Origin: Vitrella brassicaformis CCMP3155
Lineage: Eukaryota > Protista > Chromerida
Length of the DNA stretch: 64,000 nucleotides
Assembly: GCA_001179505.1 (NCBI GenBank)
Contig: CDMY01000496.1
Coordinates: 1,179 to 65,178, forward strand
Direction of reading: 5' to 3'
Shown here: one piece after another, positions 61,101 through 64,000 of the stretch
Numbering within the stretch: the stretch's first letter is position 1
How the letters are laid out: every line of letters begins with the position of its first letter
Made by a program: the position numbers and the translations under genes
The notes under the pieces: generated by a model
Seen by the model: only the letters and a program-made list of their open reading frames with translations
Told to the model about the DNA's origin: nothing
Database searches by the model: none

Positions 61101-64000
61101 GGCATCTTCGACCTGGCGATTGCCGTCAACGTGCTGCATGCCACGCAAGATCTCCGTGCGACGCTTCGCAACGTGAAGGCGTCTCTGAAGCCTGACGGCC
61201 TTCTCATCATATCGGAGCTGACGCGGCACAGCTTCATGCTGCAGACAACATTCGGGCTGGTCGAGGGCTGGTGGCGCTTCATTGACTCGGACCTGCGGCG
61301 TGACGGTCCTCTTCTGCCCCAGTCCGGCTGGCAAAGGGCCTTCCACGACACGGGATTCGTCTTGGAGTACGCAACGCCCAGCGAGGGCATCTTCGGACAT
61401 CAGAGTGTCATGGTCGTGCGCAACGCAGCGGACAGCGGCGTTGCTGTGCCGAGACCCCTGCCGTCCAGCCCTGTCGTGACCTCAAGGAATCAATGCGTCC
61501 TGGTGTGCGGCGATATTGATGCTATTGCCTTGGCAGCAGCTCGAGCCCTCATTCAGCAGGGATGCAAGACCCTCGTCGTTGCCTCATGGGGACCGCCTCC
61601 TGCCAATCTGGCCGCGTGGGTGACTCACGTGTCTGACGGCATCCGCGTGACGGCCATGAGACTGCGATACGATGCACGAGATCGCGGCATCCGGTGCGGG
61701 GGTATGTCGTGGTGTGAAGCCTTGGCCAAGAGGGAGGGGCCACCCATCACGCGGTGTCTCTGCGTTGTGAATGGACAGTCAGCAGAGGACGACGACCAGC
61801 AGCTGATCCGGGCTCGATCATTGGTTGAGACCGTGCAGGCCCAAGCTCCTGAATCGACCGTCGTCACCCTCGAGGCATTGGGCAAGTTTACCGCAGAATC
61901 CCACACTCTCCCTTCTTCGCCTCTGGTTGAGGCTCTCAGCCGCACTCTGAAGGCCAAGCCCTCTCATCGATCGGCTCTCGTTCGATGGGATGCCTCGCTG
62001 CTTCAACTGGATGCCTGCTTCCTCACTGAAGCGCTGCAAGTGTCCCTGAGCTCGTCGCCCTCGCCAGGCGCCCGACACGTCTTGAGAGTGCAGCGAACCA
62101 GTCAGACGGAAAGGACGCCGCCTGCAGGAGAAGAGACAGGACGAACTCCAACGGCGGGAGTCATTGGCCTGAGTTCGTCACAGCTGCGATCTTACATCCA
62201 GTCGGTGGTAGTTGAGTCGGCGGCTGGTGTGTTAGGACAGGAAGTGGTCGACGTCACTGCGCCGCCTCTGGATTCCCCTCTGCAGGAGCTGGGCATCGAC
62301 TCACTCGGCGCCGTCNNNNNNNNNNNNNNNNNNNNNNNNNNNNNNNNNNNNNNNNNNNNNNNNNNNNNNNNNNNNNNNNNNNNNNNNNNNNNNNNNNNNN
62401 NNNNNNNNNNNNNNNNNNNNNNNNNNNNNNNNNNNNNNNNNNNNNNNNNNNNNNNNNNNNNNNNNNNNNNNNNNNNNNNNNNNNNNNNNNNNNNNNNNNN
62501 NNNNNNNNNNNNNNNNNNNNNNNNNNNNNNNNNNNNNNNNNNNNNNNNNNNNNNNNNNNNNNNNNNNNNNNNNNNNNNNNNNNNNNNNNNNNNNNNNNNN
62601 NNNNNNNNNNNNNNNGATCGCCTGGCTGGTCCGTTGGCAAGTGGCGGCATTGTTGCGGAGGTCGGAGATGCCGTTTCACACCTGAAAGTGGGCGACACGG
62701 CGGCTGGCTGGCTTGAGGATGCTGCACAACAGGTCAGAGCGGACAGGGCCGTCACGGATGCACGCCTTCTGAAGCACGTCGATACCACTGCGACGCCGTC
62801 AGAGAGCAGCTGGACACTCGTCGGCCATCTTGAAGCATCAAGGCGGAATCTCGGGGGCCAGGCGGCTGTAGGCGAGAATGGGCTTCGCATGCTGCTTGAC
62901 AGTGTCACCGCAGATGGTCGGGTGACGGTTTGTGAAGAGGATGTGGAAGACCCTTTCCGCCTGTCAGATTCCCTGGAGAAGAGGCGAGCGGACAGTGATG
63001 AGATTGTTGTCCTTCGAATCGGTCGAGGTGCTCCCGCTGGTGCTGTGGATGGCTCATCACCTGCACTGTCCCTGAGTGAGCACCTGTCCGCCTCTATTCA
63101 GCATGCGATGGAGTCGGATGAAGCACGGCAGTGGGCTGATGGAATTGTGCACGTCGAGGAGGCCTGTCGTGCATACTGTGAGTCGGCCATCAAGGCTGTC
63201 CGAGAAACTGATGTGGTCCATCCACATCACCGCAAGGCGTATCGAAGCCTCGTCGACGCTCTGCGGGGCTCAGATCGGGACGCTTCCGCGCGGAGTCCGA
63301 AGTTCTCTCTCGAGAGCGCTCGGCAGCAAGTGTCTCACGAGGCCAGCCTCGCGCAAGCTTGCGGCCCTCACCTGATGGAAGTCCTGAAGGGTGCCGTCGA
63401 TCCACTGGAGCTCATCTTCCCTGAAGGGTCCATGGACTTGGCGACCGCCATGTACCAGGACACCATCCCATCACAGTTCAGCAACGGTGTGGTCATGGAG
63501 GTCGTCGACGCAATATGCAGACATCGGCTGTCAAGTGCCACCGCACAGCGAATGCACATCTGCGAGGTGGGCGCTGGCACTGGTGGCACGACCTCTTGCG
63601 TCCTGCCCAAGCTCGATGCCAGCCGGACGACCTACTTCTTCACTGATATAAGCGAGTACTTCCTGCGCAACGCTGCCAAGCGATTCGTCGACTACTCCAA
63701 CGTTGACTACTGCCTGTTCGACGTCGAAAGGGATCCCCATCACAGCGGCCTTGCGACAGGCATCTTCGACCTGGCGATTGCCGTCAACGTGCTGCATGCC
63801 ACGCAAGATCTCCGTGCGACGCTTCGCAACGTGAAGGCGTCTCTGAAGCCTGACGGCCTTCTCATCATATCGGAGCTGACGCGGCACAGCTTCATGCTGC
63901 AGACAACATTCGGCCTGCTCGAGGGCTGGTGGCGCTTCATTGACTCGGACCTGCGGCGTGACGGTCCTCTTCTGCCCCAGTCCGGCTGGCAAAGGGCCTT
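49822..64000 (+). CDS. Giant modular type I polyketide synthase, FAAL-primed and AT-less, truncated by the window end
   Basis: Introns at 50810-50887, 51058-51152, 51297-51354, 51455-51522, 52093-52171 and 54194-54273 give one continuous frame. Domain motifs for FAAL, ACP, KS, DH, ER, KR, C-MT and ACP are listed separately. The frame from 59721 stays open to the window end. Confidence 0.93.
52387..52590 (+). other. PKS ACP domain 1 (loading)
   Basis: DTPLHKLGVDSIRALEF...FNQPT, with the phosphopantetheine Ser codon at 52477-52479. Confidence 0.9.
52663..53946 (+). other. PKS ketosynthase domain with intact Cys-His-His triad
   Basis: EPIAIAG, DPQQRLMLE, TIDTACSSS (Cys at 53176), ESHGSGT, NIGHLEGAAG and VSSFGFGGTSAHVILEE. 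Confidence 0.95.
54091..54928 (+). other. PKS dehydratase domain
   Basis: HPALG, DHVVLG|VPLMPG (HxxxGxxxxP split by an intron), YGPRFQTV and HPAILDGALQ. Only about 48 aa separate it from the KS. Confidence 0.9.
54929..55228. other. Assembly gap (300 N) between the DH and the KR structural subdomain
   Basis: The flanks do not overlap. The frame is preserved across the gap, possibly by chance, and the true length is unknown. Confidence 0.9.
55720..56720 (+). other. PKS enoylreductase domain
   Basis: EIRVRAAGLNFRD, GECSGTVTRV, VLIHAATGGVG, VYATAGS, FVEIGRR and HIGKIVL. Confidence 0.9.
56795..57830 (+). other. PKS ketoreductase catalytic domain with a Tyr-to-His change at the YxxxN position
   Basis: YVITGGLGGLG, ILHAAGTLSD, KVQGAW, FSSIAG / AGLLGNFGQSNHAAAN (CAT at 57581-57583) and SIQWGAW. 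Interrupted by the 300-N gap at 57248-57547. Confidence 0.88.
58479..60620 (+). repeat. Near-identical 920-bp direct repeat inside the PKS (58479-59398 and 59701-60620)
   Basis: Both copies start catgggcctatcgggacggcatg and end ggctcagatcgg. Scattered substitutions, e.g. cagctgaaag versus cacctgaaag. The copies are separated by the 300-N gap at 59399-59698. Confidence 0.92.
60480..61420 (+). other. SAM-dependent C-methyltransferase domain of the PKS (unit 2)
   Basis: DPLELIFPEG, ICEVGAGTGGTT (60906), YFFTDISEYFL, FDLAIAVNVLHAT, LKPDGLLIISE and FGLVEGWWRFIDSDLR. Confidence 0.9.
62180..62315 (+). other. PKS ACP domain 2 (truncated by gap)
   Basis: IQSVVVESAAGVLG...DSPLQELGIDSLGAV, with the Ser codon at 62301-62303. 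Confidence 0.85.
62316..62615. other. Assembly gap (300 N) within ACP2, before repeat copy 3
   Basis: The left flank ends mid-ACP and the right flank starts mid-repeat, so real sequence is missing. Confidence 0.9.
62616..64000 (+). repeat. Third copy of the PKS internal repeat (matches 59958-61342)
   Basis: Collinear from gatcgcctggctggt to caaagggcctt, with private substitutions such as gcaagtggc versus gcatgcggc. Confidence 0.92.
63140..64000 (+). other. Second complete-looking C-methyltransferase copy (unit 3), runs off the window
   Basis: Near-identical to 60480-61342 at offset 2658: EVGAGTGG (63564), VNVLHAT and FGLLEGWWRF. Confidence 0.88.

Noticed and set aside
1-64000. tRNA, rRNA, snRNA genes or transposase/RT ORFs
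   Set aside because: No cloverleaf, rRNA-like or transposon protein motifs were recognised by eye. A covariance-model search (tRNAscan-SE, Infernal) was not possible.

Overview
This is intron-rich, GC-rich eukaryotic nuclear DNA with short introns full of (CA)n, (GA)n, (CCAT)n and (CAGA)n microsatellites. The style is most consistent with a chromerid alga such as Vitrella (inference only). Most ORF-track entries are intron-broken fragments or antisense shadows, so genes were rebuilt by hand from splice sites. Recognisable genes are a DHHC palmitoyltransferase, RPC4/POLR3D, a plastid-type alpha/beta hydrolase, MCM4 and CSN3/COPS3. Also present are a helical-repeat (HPR/OPR-like) protein, two small secreted Cys-rich proteins, two multi-pass membrane proteins, two lineage-specific genes sharing a 146-nt module, and a lesion-riddled ankyrin/coiled-coil/RING gene. 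The last 14 kb hold the 5' part of a giant type I PKS that runs off the window. Its order is FAAL-ACP, then an AT-less module KS-DH-psiKR-ER-KR in which the catalytic KR Tyr reads as His. A decayed second reductive loop carrying an intact C-methyltransferase and an ACP follows, and this cassette occurs in three near-identical, gap-separated copies. Six 300-N placeholder gaps limit interpretation, and at least two have overlapping flanks.
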